Part shown: one piece after another, positions 21,790-24,000 of the stretch
Position numbering within the stretch: position 1 is the stretch's first letter
Layout of the letters: each line of letters starts with the position of its first letter
Assembly: GCF_003590945.1 (NCBI RefSeq)
Contig: NZ_QYUK01000011.1
Location: 2,922,909 to 2,946,908 of the forward strand
Source of the DNA: Oleomonas cavernae
Lineage (GTDB): Bacteria > Pseudomonadota > Alphaproteobacteria > Zavarziniales > Zavarziniaceae
DNA: 24,000 nucleotides
Reading direction: 5' to 3'
Notes under the pieces: model-generated
What the model was told of the DNA's origin: nothing
Database searches by the model: none
The model's input: the letters and a program-made list of their open reading frames with translations, nothing else
Made by a program: the position numbers and the translations under genes

Positions 21790-22815
21790 CTATGGGGCGA
21801 CGGCGGCGATCTTGCTGACGGAGCGGTTGCGTGCCCAGTGGGACTGGACCACGCGGTCGAAGGTGGCGGGGCGCGATTTCAGGGAACGAGTGGCCAGCCA
21901 CAGCCGCTTCAGGTGCCGCTTGATGCCGTGGAGCACGTCGTCCTCGTAGGCCGTGCGGCCGTGCAGGACATGGTAGTTGTTGATGAACTGCATCTCGCCC
22001 GGGCGCAGGTCCATGTAGACGTTGTAGGCCGGGTCGTTGGCCATGGCGCTGACCGCATCGAGCGCTTCGAGCGTCAGGCCGGACAGGCGCGGGGCCTGCG
22101 CATGGCGCTGCGAGGCCTTGATATACTGCGGGATGAAGCGCACGAACAGGCGCCCGTCATGCTCGGTGAAGACCGGCCGGGTGTAGAACGGCTTGCCGCC
22201 CGGCGGCTCCTCGCCGCGGAAATCCCAGGGCAGGTCCTCGTAGAGCGCCGCCACCAGGTCGGGCCGCCGCGCCAGCAGGTCGTTGTAGATCGCCACGACA
22301 TTGGCGACACACGACAGGCCGCCCGACTTGGCGGCACGCAGGCACATCAGGCCGACCAGGTCGGAGCCGTCGGTGTGGTAGTCGAGGGCGATCAGGCCCA
22401 GTTCGTTGCCCCTGGCCTCCGGGTCGGTGATCCGGCGGCCCTGGTCGGTGACGTCGCCCATCACGTGGCCATGCTTGTTCTGCGGCCAGGGATCCCCTAG
22501 GTGCATGCCGATGCCCCAATAGAGCATGGTCAGGTCGTCGTCGCCGTAGCGCGCCGTGTCCAGGGCGGCGATGCGCACGAAGCCGCGGCCGTCGATCAAT
22601 TCGCGCGCGACGTCGCGCAGCTTGAGCAGCAGGCCGTCCAGCGGAAAGGCTTCGCGCCCGATCGCCAGCAGATCGTCGGAGACCGAGCGCGCCACGGCCA
22701 GGGCATGGTCCAGTTCGCGGTGATCGGCCGGGGTCAGGGTGACGGTCCAGCGGGCGGTGTCGCGCACATCGTCGGATTTCCAGTTCACGTGGGTGTCGAG
22801 CGGGCGCGGGATCAT
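21790..22815 (-). CDS. TauD/TfdA-family Fe(II)/2-oxoglutarate-dependent dioxygenase
   Basis: 341 aa from ATG at 22815 (MIPRPLDTHVNWKSDDVRD...). HxD motif in LIALDYHTDGSDLVGLMCL and distal His in MQFINNYHVLHGRTAYED. Confidence 0.85.
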   Translation of the reverse strand: MIPRPLDTHVNWKSDDVRDTARWTVTLTPADHRELDHALAVARSVSDDLLAIGREAFPLDGLLLKLRDVARELIDGRGFVRIAALDTARYGDDDLTMLYWGIGMHLGDPWPQNKHGHVMGDVTDQGRRITDPEARGNELGLIALDYHTDGSDLVGLMCLRAAKSGGLSCVANVVAIYNDLLARRPDLVAALYEDLPWDFRGEEPPGGKPFYTRPVFTEHDGRLFVRFIPQYIKASQRHAQAPRLSGLTLEALDAVSAMANDPAYNVYMDLRPGEMQFINNYHVLHGRTAYEDDVLHGIKRHLKRLWLATRSLKSRPATFDRVVQSHWARNRSVSKIAAVAP

Positions 22816-24000
22816 GGCCGTCCCCCCTGCGGCCCGCGCACCAGGCGCCCGGGCAAGGCCTCCGTCGCCTCGCCGTCGCGGTAGGTCTCGACGCCGGAGA
22901 CGATCGTATGGCGATAGCCCCGCGCCTTCTGCAGCAGGCGCTTGCCGCCCGCCGGCAGGTCGAAGGCCATCACCGGCCGCTCGACGCTCAAGCGCTCGAA
23001 ATCGATCACGTTGATGTCCGCCTTCAGGCCCGGCGCCAGCACGCCCCGGTCGTGGAGGCCGACGGCCCGCGCTGTATCGGCCGTCTGCCGCCTGACCAGC
23101 CAGGGCAGGTCGAAACGCCCCTGTGCCCGGTCGCGGCCCCAATGGGTCAGCAGGTAGGTGGCGAAGCTGGCGTCCGAGATGATGCCGACATGGGCGCCGC
23201 CGTCGCCCAGGCCCATCAGCGTGTTGGGATTGGCCATCATCTCGCGGCAGGCATCGAGATTGTAGTGGGCATAGTTCACGAAAGGCGCGAACAGGAAGGC
23301 CCGCCCCTCGTCCTCCAACAGCAGGTCGTAGGCCAGTTCGGCGGCAGCAATGCCCAGCACCTGGGCCTGGGCCGCGATCGACTGGTCCGCCGCCGGCTCG
23401 TAATTGACCGGGTTACCCATGGGGAAAATGCGCTGAAAGGCGGTGAGCAGTTGCATCAGGCCCGGCAGCCGGGGCGCGGCCTTGGCCTGTTCCAGGATGC
23501 GTGCGCGAACATCAGGGTCGCGCAGGATCGCCACCCGTTCCGGAAGCGGCCTCTCCGCGATCTCGCGGTATGCCTCGAGGCCCGAGAAGCAATTGGCGCT
23601 GGCCTGTAACCCGAGGAGAACACCGATCGGCCGCGGCGCCACCTGGGCCTTCAGGGGCAACCCGTCGGCCACCGCCCGGTCGATCAAGCCCAACAGCACA
23701 CGCCAGCCTTCGGGCGCGCCGTGCGCCTGGCCCAGCGACAGGGACATGGGCCGGCCCGCGGCCGCCAGGATCCGCCGGATCATGGCGAATTCGCTCATCA
23801 AGTCCGGCGTGTCGAAATCGGAGATCAGTTCCATGACCCCCCGCCCGGCGTCCTTCAGCCCCAGGGCGATGCCGGTCAATTCCGCCTCGGTCGCGCGCAG
23901 CGACGGGGTGGGATCGCCGGTGACCGTGCGGTGGTTCAGGGTGCGGGAGGTGGAAAAGCCGATGGCGCCCGCCTGCATCGCCTGCGCCGCCAGGCGGCGC
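22812..24000 (-). CDS. N-acyl-D-amino-acid deacylase-type amidohydrolase, 5' end beyond the window (partial)
   Basis: Frame stays open to the window edge (..RRLAAQAMQAGAIGFSTSRTLNHRTVTGDPTPSLRATEAEL). Later MGLGDGGAHVGIISDASFATYLLTHW and C-terminal GVLAPGLKADINVIDFERL. Stop overlaps the dioxygenase ATG. Confidence 0.85.
   Translation of the reverse strand, partial: RRLAAQAMQAGAIGFSTSRTLNHRTVTGDPTPSLRATEAELTGIALGLKDAGRGVMELISDFDTPDLMSEFAMIRRILAAAGRPMSLSLGQAHGAPEGWRVLLGLIDRAVADGLPLKAQVAPRPIGVLLGLQASANCFSGLEAYREIAERPLPERVAILRDPDVRARILEQAKAAPRLPGLMQLLTAFQRIFPMGNPVNYEPAADQSIAAQAQVLGIAAAELAYDLLLEDEGRAFLFAPFVNYAHYNLDACREMMANPNTLMGLGDGGAHVGIISDASFATYLLTHWGRDRAQGRFDLPWLVRRQTADTARAVGLHDRGVLAPGLKADINVIDFERLSVERPVMAFDLPAGGKRLLQKARGYRHTIVSGVETYRDGEATEALPGRLVRGPQGGRP

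Overview
GC-rich chromosomal window, most consistent with an alphaproteobacterium (Rhodospirillales-like gene order). It starts in the last codons of a probable rplU. A plus-strand run follows: rpmA, obgE, proB, proA, nadD, rsfS, rlmH, gpmI, envC-like, S41/CtpA protease, divergent polysaccharide deacetylase (YibQ-like), rppH, alpha/beta hydrolase and a small secreted protein. A minus-strand block then holds a small lipoprotein, a DUF559 endonuclease-fold gene inside an inverted-repeat cassette, a ferritin-like diiron protein and another lipoprotein, followed by the ATP synthase F1 operon atpH-A-G-D-C. After a small plus-strand ORF and a REP/BIME-like palindrome pair, the window ends with a minus-strand pair: a TauD-like Fe(II)/2OG dioxygenase and an N-acyl-D-amino-acid deacylase-type amidohydrolase that runs off the window. 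Most of this is housekeeping. The best non-housekeeping signal is the ~0.57 kb cassette at 13804-14370: a DUF559 gene centred between perfect 45-bp inverted repeats, with outer ends matching the ends of a gene-less 141-bp palindromic element at 4030-4170. This suggests a possible coding/non-coding repeat pair. Separately, three genes (obgE, probably rsfS, and the polysaccharide deacetylase) show frame breaks of the same direction, each explained by one missing base, two of them at C homopolymers. Consensus errors should be ruled out first.
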